DNA from: a bacterium
GTDB taxonomy: Bacteria; Deinococcota; Deinococci; Deinococcales; Deinococcaceae
Length of the DNA stretch: 64,000 bases
Direction: 5' to 3'
Assembly: GCA_021810505.1 (NCBI GenBank)
Contig: JAJZIR010000011.1
Location: 30,450-94,449, forward strand
Shown here: positions 19,442 to 28,749 of the stretch, in pieces
Layout of the letters: each line of letters starts with the position of its first letter
Position numbering within the stretch: position 1 is the first letter of the stretch
Made by a program: the position numbers and the translations under genes
Notes under the pieces: model-generated
Database searches by the model: none
The model's input: only the letters and a program-made list of their open reading frames with translations
What the model was told of the DNA's origin: nothing

Positions 19442-21572
19442 CTTCACGCAGCAGCAGAAGATGTTCACCGTCGTCGGCATCATGATGGCCCTGTTCCTAG
19501 GAGCGCTGGACCAGACGATCGTCGCCACCGCCCTACCGACCATCCTGGAGAAGCTCAACGGGATCAACCTGTACTCCTGGGTGGTGACCGGCTATCTGCT
19601 GGCCTCCACCGCGATGATCCCGATCTACGGGAAGCTCTCGGACCTCTACGGGCGCAAGGTGATCATCCTGATCGGTGTGATCATCTTCCTGGTGGGCTCC
19701 ATGCTCTCTGGGCAGGCCCACAGCATGGTCGAGCTGATCCTGTTCCGGGTGATCCAGGGCTTGGGCAGCGCCGGCATCTTCTCGACGGCTTTTACAGTCA
19801 TCGCCGACCTGTTCCCGCCACGGGACCGCGGCCGCTATCAGGGGTTGTTCGGAGCGGTTTTCGGTATCGCCAGCGTGGTCGGCCCCTGGCTGGGCGGCCT
19901 GCTCACCGATGACCTCTCCTGGCGATGGGTGTTCTACGTCAACGTCCCGATCGGGATCGTGGCGATCTTGTTCATCATCAGCCGGATGCCGGCCCTGCAC
20001 AGCCACCGTAAGGGGCCGGTCCACATCGACTACCTGGGCTCGCTGACGCTGCTCCTGGCCATCGTGCCGATCCTGCTGGCGCTCAGCTTGGGCGGCGTCA
20101 GCTACGCCTGGTCGTCCTGGGAGATCCTAGGCATGTTCGGAGTCGGTATCCTGGGCATCGCCCTGTTCTCCTGGGCCGAGCTCAAGTCCCCTGAGCCGAT
20201 TCTGCCCTTCCACCTGTTCAACAACCCCACCTTCATCTTGGGCAACCTGTCGGCCCTGCTGATCGGCGGTGTCGCTTTCTTCGGAGCCGTGATCTTCATC
20301 CCGACTTTTATGGTGATCGTGGTCGGGGTATCGGCCCAGCAGGCCGGCTTGACTCTCACCCCGTTGACTCTGGGGGTGGTGGTAGGCAGTTTCGTGGCCG
20401 GGCAGCTGGCCAGCCGCCTGGGCAAGTACAAGTTCCTGATTCTCATCGGCACCGGTCTGGCACTGGTCGGCTACGTCTTGATGTACCGGATCAACTACCA
20501 GATCACCCAGACCGACGTCACTCTGCGGATGATCCTTCTGGGGCTGGGGCTGGGCCCGGCCCTACCGATTTTCACCCTGGCGGTGCAGAACGCCGTGGAC
20601 CAGAAGGAGATGGGGGCGGCTACCAGCAGCAGCCAGTTCTTCCGCCAGATCGGCTCCACCCTGGGCGTCGCGATCTTCGGGACGCTGCTGACCACCACCT
20701 TAGGCCACCAGCTACCCAAGGACCTGCCCGCCCAGCTGCGGCACTCCCAGACGCTGCAGGGCAGCCAATTCAACGCCAGCGCCCTGGAGTCCGGCGATAT
20801 CGGCAGCGTGCGCAGCTCCATCCAGGCCCAGGTCAACAAGACCTACGCGCAGATCTCCAGCGCCCTCACCACCCATAACCCCAAGGAGATCCACACCCTG
20901 CTGGCCAACCCCCAGATCCCGGCGCAGCTCAAGGCGCTGCTCAGGGACGGCGGCGTCGCCGGAGCGGTGCAGCGCCAGCTAGGGCAGACCGAGCAGGCCG
21001 TCGCCGCAGGCCTGCGGCAGGGCCCAGCTGGCTTGCGCCGCTTGGAGGCCGATCCCAAGCTACCTCTGGCGCTCAGGAATCAGTTGAAGGCCATCCCGCC
21101 CGCGGCGCTCGGCAGCCTAGCTGGCCAGCAGGCCGTGCTCGGCCGCGTCCAAAGCAACCTCCAGGCCCAGGAGCCGGCGCTGATCCAGCGAGCGACCACC
21201 AGCACCTTGGCGGGCATCAAGAAGCAGTTGGATGGTCAGGTTCCGGTCATCACCTCCGAGATCACCCTGGCCCTGAGGAAGTCGTTCACGACAGCGATGA
21301 CCACGGTGTTCTTCTGGGGAATCTTCGTGGTGGTCCTGGGCTTGATCGTCGCCTTCTTCCTGCCCGAACTGCCGCTGCGCTCCCGCTTCGCTGGGGCGGT
21401 GGCCGAGGGGGGAGCGCCGCTTCCGGAAGGTGAAGGAGGGATGCCCGGCGCCATACCGAGCGCCGAGGTGCTCGCGGCGGTCACCAGGCGTAACCTGCTC
21501 TTGGCCCAAATCCTCTTGCTGCTGCAGACCCGGCGAACTGCCGGCAGCAACCCCAGCTCGGCAGACGATTAA
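19434..21572 (+). CDS. MFS transporter (DHA2-like) with ~200-aa hydrophilic helical insertion before the last TM helix (712 aa)
   Basis: MFS motifs (GKLSDLYGRKV), 13 TM segments, then Q/A/L-rich soluble region aa ~430-640, then final TM. Confidence 0.8.
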   Translation: MYSFTQQQKMFTVVGIMMALFLGALDQTIVATALPTILEKLNGINLYSWVVTGYLLASTAMIPIYGKLSDLYGRKVIILIGVIIFLVGSMLSGQAHSMVELILFRVIQGLGSAGIFSTAFTVIADLFPPRDRGRYQGLFGAVFGIASVVGPWLGGLLTDDLSWRWVFYVNVPIGIVAILFIISRMPALHSHRKGPVHIDYLGSLTLLLAIVPILLALSLGGVSYAWSSWEILGMFGVGILGIALFSWAELKSPEPILPFHLFNNPTFILGNLSALLIGGVAFFGAVIFIPTFMVIVVGVSAQQAGLTLTPLTLGVVVGSFVAGQLASRLGKYKFLILIGTGLALVGYVLMYRINYQITQTDVTLRMILLGLGLGPALPIFTLAVQNAVDQKEMGAATSSSQFFRQIGSTLGVAIFGTLLTTTLGHQLPKDLPAQLRHSQTLQGSQFNASALESGDIGSVRSSIQAQVNKTYAQISSALTTHNPKEIHTLLANPQIPAQLKALLRDGGVAGAVQRQLGQTEQAVAAGLRQGPAGLRRLEADPKLPLALRNQLKAIPPAALGSLAGQQAVLGRVQSNLQAQEPALIQRATTSTLAGIKKQLDGQVPVITSEITLALRKSFTTAMTTVFFWGIFVVVLGLIVAFFLPELPLRSRFAGAVAEGGAPLPEGEGGMPGAIPSAEVLAAVTRRNLLLAQILLLLQTRRTAGSNPSSADD

Positions 21573-21582
21573 GGAGGCAGGT

Positions 21583-22002
21583 ATGGCAAAGTTTTTCGTC
21601 AATCTGGTCGCAGACGCCCTGGCAACGCTGTTGGGAGCGTGGCTGATGGTCGCCCCCTTCGCGCTGCGCGGCTTCCAGCCAGCCGGCGGAGCCTGGACTT
21701 CCGCGACCAACTGGACCTTCTACTTTGGCCTGGGGATCACCCTGCTGGGTGTGATCGGCGCGATCTTGCAGGTGAGCGGCATGGTCGCCCTGCTCTACGC
21801 CAAAGGGGCGCTGAAGCGCCCGGTCCGCGAAGCCCCTAAGCCGGCGGTACCGCCCCAGGCGGCGGTACCGGACAATCTGGCCCTCCAGCTGGAGCAGCAG
21901 CTGCGGACTGAGCGGGAGCTCTCGGCGCTGCTCAACGAGCTGATCCGCGAGCGGCAGGGCCGCAGCCACCTGGAGCCGGGCCGCGACCCGGTCGCCCGCT
22001 GA
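21583..22002 (+). CDS. Small membrane protein (SPW-repeat-like; 2-3 TM + charged C-tail), paralog of next gene
   Basis: Start MAKFFVNLVADALATLLGAWLMVAPFALRGFQPAGGAWTSATNWTF; GGAGG RBS; internal similarity to 22013..22267. Confidence 0.45.
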   Translation: MAKFFVNLVADALATLLGAWLMVAPFALRGFQPAGGAWTSATNWTFYFGLGITLLGVIGAILQVSGMVALLYAKGALKRPVREAPKPAVPPQAAVPDNLALQLEQQLRTERELSALLNELIRERQGRSHLEPGRDPVAR

Positions 22003-22012
22003 GGAGGGCAGC

Positions 22013-22267
22013 ATGAAGAGCCTAAACTGGATCGTCAGTATCCTCCTGTTCCTGGCCGGCATCTGGCTGGTCATCGCCCCCTTCGCGACCGGCTTCCAGC
22101 CGGCCCGGCTAGCCTGGACGAGCGCCACCTCCAACTCGGTGTGGAACGGCGTGGTCCTGACCGGCCTCAGCTTGGCTGGCATGTTGATCTCCGGCCTGTT
22201 AGGGGCCCTGGAGCTGCTGGCCGGCGCCAAGCCGCAAGCGGCTCCGGCCGAGGCCAAAAGAGCCTGA
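22013..22267 (+). CDS. Small membrane protein, paralog of 21583..22002 (WLVIAPFATGFQPARLAWTSATSN)
   Basis: Conserved block W-L-x-x-APFA-x-GFQPA-x-x-AWTSAT shared with upstream gene. Confidence 0.45.
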   Translation: MKSLNWIVSILLFLAGIWLVIAPFATGFQPARLAWTSATSNSVWNGVVLTGLSLAGMLISGLLGALELLAGAKPQAAPAEAKRA

Positions 22268-22283
22268 GATCCCCGGACAGCCC

Positions 22284-22312
22284 AGCCGGGCAGGCCCAAG
22301 GCCTGCCCGGCT
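22284..22312 (+). terminator. Stem-loop AGCCGGGCAGGCC-caa-GGCCTGCCCGGCT after the paralog pair
   Basis: 13-bp perfect stem, 3-nt loop, no U-tract; 4 nt before track start of next ORF (true start of that gene probably 22365). Confidence 0.4.
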
Positions 22313-22316
22313 ACTC

Positions 22317-24209
22317 ATGACAGCGGCGCAGCACTCCTCACCAGAGGGGGAGAATAATCGAGCCATGCGGGCGCTCACCTGGTTGACCCTGGCGCTGGCT
22401 TGCGCCCTGATAGTTTCCTCGCTGCTGACCGGACAGGTCAACCTCCCCACCGCCCACCAGAGCTGGGGGAGCCAGAGCTACCCCTGGCTGGTCAGCCTAG
22501 CGCTGGCCGGCGGCGCTGCTGGGCTGGTCATAGGAGCGCTCAGGGGGAAGCTGGACTGGGGCGGGCCGCTGCTGTGGGCCTGGCTCATCGCGATCCCCCT
22601 AGGGGTAGCCAGCGCGGTGACCCGCTACGACGCGCTGGTCACCGCCGGCTACCTGCTAGCTGGAGCTTGGTTGTACCTGGGCCTCCGCCAGGTTCGCAAC
22701 CAGGCAGTGCTGTGGACCGCCCTGGGGAGCGGCGGCCTGCTGGGAGGCTGGGCTACTTGGCAGGAGCTCTCCGGCCTGAAGACCCCGGCCTACTGGCTAG
22801 GGGCTACTGCCCATCCTTTCACCCGGGCCTACGCCAGCCTGCACAACCCCAATGTCTTGGCCGGAGCGCTGCTGCTGACCCTGGGAGCCAGCGCCGCGCT
22901 GCTGCCCAAAGGGGGCTGGCGTTGGCCCTGGGCGGCGGCGCTGCTGCTGCAGCTCGGCGGCCTGCTGTTCACCTTCAGCCGCGGGGGGTACTTCGGCCTG
23001 GGGGTAGGCCTGCTGGTGCTGATCTGGCGGCTGCCCTGGCGGCGGCGCTGGCTGGCCCTGGGGGGAGGTCTGGTGGTGGTGCTGGCGCTGCTGCTAGCCC
23101 CGCAATTCCGCCAGCGGGTGGTCGGCTTGGCGCAGCCAGCCAAGAGCGCAGCGGCCAGCCGGCTGTTCCTGTGGGAGGCGGCTTGGCGGATCTGGGAGAC
23201 CCACCCGCTGCTGGGCAGCGGGTGGGGGGGGTACAACCAGCTCTATCCGGGGGCCCGTCCGGTGGGCGCGCGGGGCACCTACGTCCTGATCAACCCGCCG
23301 GTGGGGGCCCACAACGACTGGCTGCAGCTGCTCAGCGAGTTGGGGCTCATCGGCGTAGCGCTGCTGGCCTGCGGCCTGGCGCTCTCCTGGTGGCAACGGC
23401 CGCCGCGCAGGCTCAGCTGGAGGGAGTTGGCCACTTTGGCCGGCCTCATCGCCCTGGCCACCCAGAGCCTGGTGGAGGCCAACCTGGATGTCCCGGCGCT
23501 GTACCTGAGCGCGCTGGCTCTGGCGGCTACCTTGCCCGGCCTCCAGAGCGGCCCGCGACCGAGCCGGGCCGCAGCCAGGTGGGTAGCCGGCCTGCTGGCC
23601 GCAGCCAGCCTGGGCGCGGTCGCTTCCGGGTTGCCCTGGCGACCGGCTCAGCTGGAGCAGCTGCTCGGCGAAGCGGCTGCCCAGCCGGCCAGGGCGGTCC
23701 GCCTGGCCCGAGAAGCCCAGCAGCTGGTCCCGATCAGCCCGGACGCCTGGCTGGCTGGGGCTAGGGCCCAGGCGAACCTGGCCTTAGGGGCGCGTAAGCC
23801 CTGGGCGAGCCCTTACTGGCGCGGCGCCCGCCGGGAAGCCCGCCGCGCCGCGCAGCTCGACCCGGCCTGGAGTGCCCCCCTAGCGCTGCTAGCCGAGGCC
23901 GACCTGGTCACCGGGCACGTCGGGGCAGCGCTGGCCGAGCAGGAGCGGGCGGTGCGCCGCAACGGCTATGATCCCTACCTGCTCCAGGCGCTGGGGGTGG
24001 ACGCCCAGAGGGATCACCGCCGCAAGCTGGCCTGCCTGGCCTGGGCCCAAGCCGCCAGCTTGCTGCCCCTGCAGGTCCGTACCCTGAAGACCCACCACGC
24101 GCCGCTGAGCCAGCGGCGCGGCGCGCAAGCCGCCCTGCGCAGCCTGACGGCGGAGCGGAGCGGTTGCCCGCACGCTCCTGCGCCCAGGTTAGGGGAGCTC
24201 CCGCGCTGA
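22317..24209 (+). CDS. O-antigen ligase (Wzy_C/WaaL)-family polytopic membrane protein with C-terminal TPR-like helical domain
   Basis: LFTFSRGGYFGL and GAHNDWLQLLSELGLIG motifs typical of O-antigen ligase domain; ~10 TM; start may be MRALTW at 22365. Confidence 0.7.
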   Translation: MTAAQHSSPEGENNRAMRALTWLTLALACALIVSSLLTGQVNLPTAHQSWGSQSYPWLVSLALAGGAAGLVIGALRGKLDWGGPLLWAWLIAIPLGVASAVTRYDALVTAGYLLAGAWLYLGLRQVRNQAVLWTALGSGGLLGGWATWQELSGLKTPAYWLGATAHPFTRAYASLHNPNVLAGALLLTLGASAALLPKGGWRWPWAAALLLQLGGLLFTFSRGGYFGLGVGLLVLIWRLPWRRRWLALGGGLVVVLALLLAPQFRQRVVGLAQPAKSAAASRLFLWEAAWRIWETHPLLGSGWGGYNQLYPGARPVGARGTYVLINPPVGAHNDWLQLLSELGLIGVALLACGLALSWWQRPPRRLSWRELATLAGLIALATQSLVEANLDVPALYLSALALAATLPGLQSGPRPSRAAARWVAGLLAAASLGAVASGLPWRPAQLEQLLGEAAAQPARAVRLAREAQQLVPISPDAWLAGARAQANLALGARKPWASPYWRGARREARRAAQLDPAWSAPLALLAEADLVTGHVGAALAEQERAVRRNGYDPYLLQALGVDAQRDHRRKLACLAWAQAASLLPLQVRTLKTHHAPLSQRRGAQAALRSLTAERSGCPHAPAPRLGELPR

Positions 24210-24255
24210 CCCGGAGCGGATGGCCGTAGGAGTAAAGTGGCCGGAGAGGTGAGAG

Positions 24256-24765
24256 ATGCGGATTGCGGAAGTGCTTCTGGAAGATTTCGATACCGAGATC
24301 GGCAACACCCGGCGGACGCTGGAGCGGGTCCCCGAAGACAAGCCAGACTACCAGCCGCACCAGAAGTCCACGGCCCTGGGGCGATTGGCCCTGCACTGCG
24401 CCACCCTACCGCTGTTCGGTTACTACCTGCTTTCCGACGATGGGATGGACCTCGCTGCACCGAAACGGCCCCAGGCAGCGCTAGCGTTCACCACCCGCGC
24501 GCACTGCCTGGAGGAGCTGGAGAGCAGCGCGGCGCAATGCCGCCAGGCGCTGGCTCAAGCGACTGACCCGCAGATGCAGGAGATCTTTCCGTTCCGGATG
24601 GGAGCCCAGACCATCTCCGAGCTGTCGAGGCTGCGGACCTACCAGCGGTTATTCTTCAACCATCTGGTGCACCACACAGCGCAGCTAGGCGTCTATTTGC
24701 GGTTGCTGGAAATCCCTGTGCCCGCGCTCTACGGTCCGTCCGCCGACGAGGCGTGGGTGGGGTAG
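24256..24765 (+). CDS. DinB/YfiT-family (DinB_2) putative metal-dependent protein
   Basis: Four-helix DinB_2 pattern with conserved His (HCATLP..., NHLVHHTAQLGVYLRL). Confidence 0.65.
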   Translation: MRIAEVLLEDFDTEIGNTRRTLERVPEDKPDYQPHQKSTALGRLALHCATLPLFGYYLLSDDGMDLAAPKRPQAALAFTTRAHCLEELESSAAQCRQALAQATDPQMQEIFPFRMGAQTISELSRLRTYQRLFFNHLVHHTAQLGVYLRLLEIPVPALYGPSADEAWVG

Positions 24766-24994
24766 GTAGCCGGGTAGGGCTCGCCGGCTCTTTTCGCGCT
24801 GACCGGCCAAAGTGGATCTGACCCCCGCTACGCGTGGGCCCGTGCTTTTCTGCCCCAGAGCAGCCGAGTTTTTTCTTCTTCCCTGCTGCCGTCCCTGCCC
24901 GAGTGCCCCGCTGCCGGCCGCCCCTACGCCTCAGCGCTCGGCAGCGCCCGCGCTGCACCGGGGAATCCTAGCTGAAACCCGAAGGCCCACCGCC

Positions 24995-26692
24995 TCAGGG
25001 CAGAGCGCTGAAGAACAAGTTGACCGGAAGGTCAGAGCCAGGGGCCGGAATCAGGTCGATGCGGTCGCTGCTGGCGGCCGCCAGCAGCGGATTGACCGCA
25101 GGGATCCGGCTGATCAAGGCGTACTCCCCGAGCTGGGCCAGCAGGCCCCGGGCGGGCAGGGGAACCAGCTGCATGCGGGAAGAGCCGGCCAAGGCCGCGC
25201 CCTGGTACTGCCCCCCGGCCGACTCCAGCGCGACCGCCAGGGGTTGGGCGGTACTGAAGAGCAGGCGGTACTCCACGCCGAAGTTGCCTTTGAGCTCGAC
25301 CGACCTGCCGCTGACAGCGTCGGTGCCGAGCAGGGGACCCCCCAGGTCGCCGCTGCCGATGGCCAGCTCGGCAGGCAGGGACTGCAGGCCGAGGGTGACC
25401 GTCCGGTCAGCTTGCGGGAAGGTACCCCGGATGTGGCTGCGGTCAGCCGGGAGCAGCGGCAGCTGGGCCAGCGGGTCGCCGACCTGCAGGTCCGAGGCGA
25501 CCAGAGCGGTGGACAGGGTAAGCCGCCCCCCTAACTGGAAGCTCCCCAGCAGGCTGATGACCGAACCCTGGGCGAACAGCGGGGAAGCGAAGAGCAGCTG
25601 GCTCTGCCCGGGCTGCACGGTCCAGGTCTGGCGCCGCGGCCTACCCAGGTAGCCGAGCAGGGCGCTCTGGCCGACCAAGTTGCCCTGGGAGGACCCGGCG
25701 GCCCAGCCGAGGCGGTCCAGCCGGACGGTCACCGGCTTGGTCCCGGGGTTGGAGGCCAGCAGCAGCAGCCGGGCCGGCAGCCCGGTGCCGTCGAGGTGGT
25801 AGGCGAACACCCGGACCGCCCCAGAGAGCGGCGCTTGGTAGAGCAGGCCGCTCTGCAGAACCCGCTCCGGGGAGTCCGAGAAGAACAAGGTAGGGCCGGA
25901 GGCGGTGACGCCCAGAACGGTGGGGGGGAGGGCTGCCTTGGGCTCGCCGCCGAAGAAGGTGTCCCCGGGAGCGCCGTGCTTGAGGATCACCTGGGCGGCC
26001 GAGAAGCCAGAAACCGGGGTGATCACGACGGTGTGGCAGCGCGAGGCGCTCTGACCCGAGGGATCGCTAACGGTGAGGCAGACCCGGTGGGAGCCGGCGG
26101 TGAGGTAGCGGGAACGGCGGCCCGTCCAGCTGGCCGTGAGCGGCTTGCCCTGGGGGTCGAAGGAGCGGTCCACGAACTGCACCGCGCTACCCTGGGGATA
26201 GCTGGCCTGCAGCGTGGTGAAGTGGGCCTGCGGTCCCTGCAGGGGAGCCGGCAGGCTCACGGGAAGCTGGAAAGTGAGGATGGCTCCCTGGCCGCCGTCG
26301 ATGGGCAGCAGATCCGCCGAAACCTGATCGGCGAGCAGGGACAGGTCGACCAGGGCGTGGCCCGCGCTGCGCAGGTAGACCGCCTTGAAGTGGAGAGGTT
26401 TGCCGGCCAGTTCGGCGCGCTTGCGCCCCGGTTCGATCCGGAGCTCCCCCACCTGCCAGCCTCCCTGGGGCAGCGGCCAGTCGGTCAGGCCCAGCAGGGC
26501 GGCGGCCTGCCGCAAGGGGACCATCAGGTGCCCCCCTACCGACTGCGGCGGAACCGTCCAGGTCAGGATCCGGCTGCCGTCCTGGGCAGTCTGCTGCCCA
26601 GCCAGGATGGTCAGCTGCAGGCTGGCAGCCAGGGCCAGGGCGCTGCCGAAAGAAGCCAGCAGGGCGACAAAGGTCAGGGTCAAGGTGCGCAT
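24995..26692 (-). CDS. Secreted protein with PKD-like Ig domain and large C-terminal domain of unknown function
   Basis: Signal peptide MRTLTLTFVALLASFGSALALA; PKD-like segment FVDRSFDPQGKPLTASWTG...HRVCLTVSDPSGQSA; start chosen at 26692 (track 26803 has no signal peptide). Confidence 0.5.
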   Translation of the reverse strand: MRTLTLTFVALLASFGSALALAASLQLTILAGQQTAQDGSRILTWTVPPQSVGGHLMVPLRQAAALLGLTDWPLPQGGWQVGELRIEPGRKRAELAGKPLHFKAVYLRSAGHALVDLSLLADQVSADLLPIDGGQGAILTFQLPVSLPAPLQGPQAHFTTLQASYPQGSAVQFVDRSFDPQGKPLTASWTGRRSRYLTAGSHRVCLTVSDPSGQSASRCHTVVITPVSGFSAAQVILKHGAPGDTFFGGEPKAALPPTVLGVTASGPTLFFSDSPERVLQSGLLYQAPLSGAVRVFAYHLDGTGLPARLLLLASNPGTKPVTVRLDRLGWAAGSSQGNLVGQSALLGYLGRPRRQTWTVQPGQSQLLFASPLFAQGSVISLLGSFQLGGRLTLSTALVASDLQVGDPLAQLPLLPADRSHIRGTFPQADRTVTLGLQSLPAELAIGSGDLGGPLLGTDAVSGRSVELKGNFGVEYRLLFSTAQPLAVALESAGGQYQGAALAGSSRMQLVPLPARGLLAQLGEYALISRIPAVNPLLAAASSDRIDLIPAPGSDLPVNLFFSALP

Positions 26693-26739
26693 CCGGAGGC
26701 AGTATGGCACATCGCCGCACGCGCCGGGCGAGGTGGGAA

Positions 26740-26788
26740 TAATTGCATAAATTACCATATAAAGCCATAAAACTGTATAATCATTCCC
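26740..26788 (+). promoter_or_regulatory. AT-rich promoter of the arg operon with extended -10 TGTATAAT ending 8 nt before ATG; possible ARG-box-like half sites
   Basis: TTGCATAAATTACCATATAAAGCCATAAAACTGTATAATCATTCCC ATG; the only strongly AT-rich island in >1 kb. Confidence 0.4.
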
Positions 26789-27754
26789 ATGGCTTCCACG
26801 CAACCGCCCAAGGCGCTCCCCACCCCGCTGCTCACCGGCAGGGACTTTCTCGGCAGCTTGGACCTGGATCGGGCAGAATTCCTCGCCCTGATGGCTACCG
26901 CGCGGGCCATGAAGGCCGGGGAGTTCCGCGGGCAGAAGCCGCTGGCCGGGCAGACCCTAGCCCTGATCTTCGAGAAGCCCAGCCTGCGGACCAGGACTAC
27001 CTTCGACGTCGCGATGTATCAGCTGGGCGGGCATGCGATCACCTTGAACGGGGCCGAGATCGGGCTGGGCGAGCGGGAGCGGGTCAGCGACGTGGCCAGG
27101 AACCTGGAGCGTTGGGTCGACGGCATCATGGCCCGAGTCTTCCTGCAGACCACCCTGCACACCCTAGCCCAGCACGCCGCTGTCCCGGTGATCAACGGCC
27201 TCTCCGACACCCTGCACCCGGTCCAGCTGCTGGCGGATTACCAGACCATCTCAGAGAGCTTCGGGCAGACCGAAGGCCTGCGGGTGACCTACTTGGGCGA
27301 CGGCAACAATATGGCCAACAGCCACATCCAGATGGCAGTTCTGAGCGGCGTCGACCTCACCATCTGCACCCCTCTGGGCTACGAACCCAACGGCCGGGTG
27401 CTGATGGAGGCGGCCCAGGCCGGAGCTCAGGTGCGGCTCAGCAGCGACGTGGCTGAGGCAGTCCGGGGCGCACAGGTGCTCTACACCGACGTGTGGTTCA
27501 GCATGGGACAGGAGGGGGAGCCGGAGCGCAAGCGGCTGGCCTTCAGCGGTTTCTGCGTAACCCCGGAGCTGCTGGAGCAGCTGGACGCGGGCGGCATCTT
27601 CTTGCACTGCCTCCCCGCCCACTACGGCGAGGAGGTGGTCCCGGAAGCGACCGATCACCCCAGGAGCCGGGTCTTCGATCAGGCCGAAAACCGGCTGCAC
27701 GCCCAGAAAGCGTTGCTGTACCACCTGATGGCCGGCCAACGGGTGCGCTGGTGA
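26789..27754 (+). CDS. argF: Ornithine carbamoyltransferase
   Basis: STRTR-type (SLRTR), HPVQ, HCLP motifs. Confidence 0.9.
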   Translation: MASTQPPKALPTPLLTGRDFLGSLDLDRAEFLALMATARAMKAGEFRGQKPLAGQTLALIFEKPSLRTRTTFDVAMYQLGGHAITLNGAEIGLGERERVSDVARNLERWVDGIMARVFLQTTLHTLAQHAAVPVINGLSDTLHPVQLLADYQTISESFGQTEGLRVTYLGDGNNMANSHIQMAVLSGVDLTICTPLGYEPNGRVLMEAAQAGAQVRLSSDVAEAVRGAQVLYTDVWFSMGQEGEPERKRLAFSGFCVTPELLEQLDAGGIFLHCLPAHYGEEVVPEATDHPRSRVFDQAENRLHAQKALLYHLMAGQRVRW

Positions 27755-28740
27755 AGGTCGCTGTCCTGGGAGCCGGCGGCTACGCCGGGAGCGAATTGCT
27801 GCGGCTCCTCACCGACCACCCGGGGGTCAGCGCGCTGTGGGCGGTGCGGCGCGGCGAGGAAGCCCGCAGCTGGCCGCAGCTGGCCGCAGCCCCAGCCAGC
27901 TGCACCCTGGAGGAGGCCAAAGAGGCCGACCTGATCTTCATGTCCGGCCCACACGGCGCCGCCCAGCGCTCGGCTGGGGAGTTCTTGGACGCGGGCGTTT
28001 CGGTGATCGACCTCTCGGCCGACTTCCGGCTGCCCGAAGAGGTCTACGCCCAGTGGTACGGCCCGCACGCTGCGCCGCAGCTGCAAGGACAGGCGGTGTA
28101 CGGCTTCCCCGAGTTGGACCGCGCTGGGATCGCACAGGCCCGGCTGGTCGCCAACCCGGGTTGCTACGTGACCGCGGTCACCCTGGCGCTGCAGCCGGCA
28201 GCCCGGGCCGGCTGGATCGCCGGCGAGGTGGTGGTCAGCGCCGCCAGCGGGGTGTCCGGAGCCGGCCGGAACCGGCCGGAGCTGTCCATGGGCGAGCTGG
28301 CCGAGAACTTCAGGCCCTACGCGGTCACCGGACACCGCCACCTGCCCGAGATGGAGCGGAACCTCAAAGCTTGCGGATATTCCGGCCCCCTGCTGTTCCT
28401 GCCCCACCTGCTGCCGATGGCCCGGGGGATCCTGGCCAGCATCAGCTTCCAGCCCAGCCGCCAGCTGGAGGAGCAGGAGCTCTTCGCGCTGTACCAGGAG
28501 GCTTACGCCGGCGAGAGCTTCCTGCGGGTGCAGCAGGAGCTCCCAGAGACCAAGGCGACCCTGGGCAGCAACCGCTGCGACCTGAGCCTGCGCAGCGATC
28601 CCCACAGCGGCAGGGTGCTGGTTTTCGCCGCACTGGACAATCTGGTCAAGGGGGCGGCCGGGCAGGCGATACAGAACTTCAACCTGATGTGCGGCCTCCC
28701 CGAGACTAGCGGCCTGCCCCGCGCCGGGCTGTGGCCCTAG
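27751..28740 (+). CDS. argC: N-acetyl-gamma-glutamyl-phosphate reductase (GTG start overlapping argF stop as GTGA)
   Basis: VKVAVLGAGGYAGSELLRLL Rossmann N-terminus, catalytic Cys in NPGCY. Confidence 0.9.
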   Translation: MKVAVLGAGGYAGSELLRLLTDHPGVSALWAVRRGEEARSWPQLAAAPASCTLEEAKEADLIFMSGPHGAAQRSAGEFLDAGVSVIDLSADFRLPEEVYAQWYGPHAAPQLQGQAVYGFPELDRAGIAQARLVANPGCYVTAVTLALQPAARAGWIAGEVVVSAASGVSGAGRNRPELSMGELAENFRPYAVTGHRHLPEMERNLKACGYSGPLLFLPHLLPMARGILASISFQPSRQLEEQELFALYQEAYAGESFLRVQQELPETKATLGSNRCDLSLRSDPHSGRVLVFAALDNLVKGAAGQAIQNFNLMCGLPETSGLPRAGLWP

Positions 28741-28749
28741 ACTGGGGGT

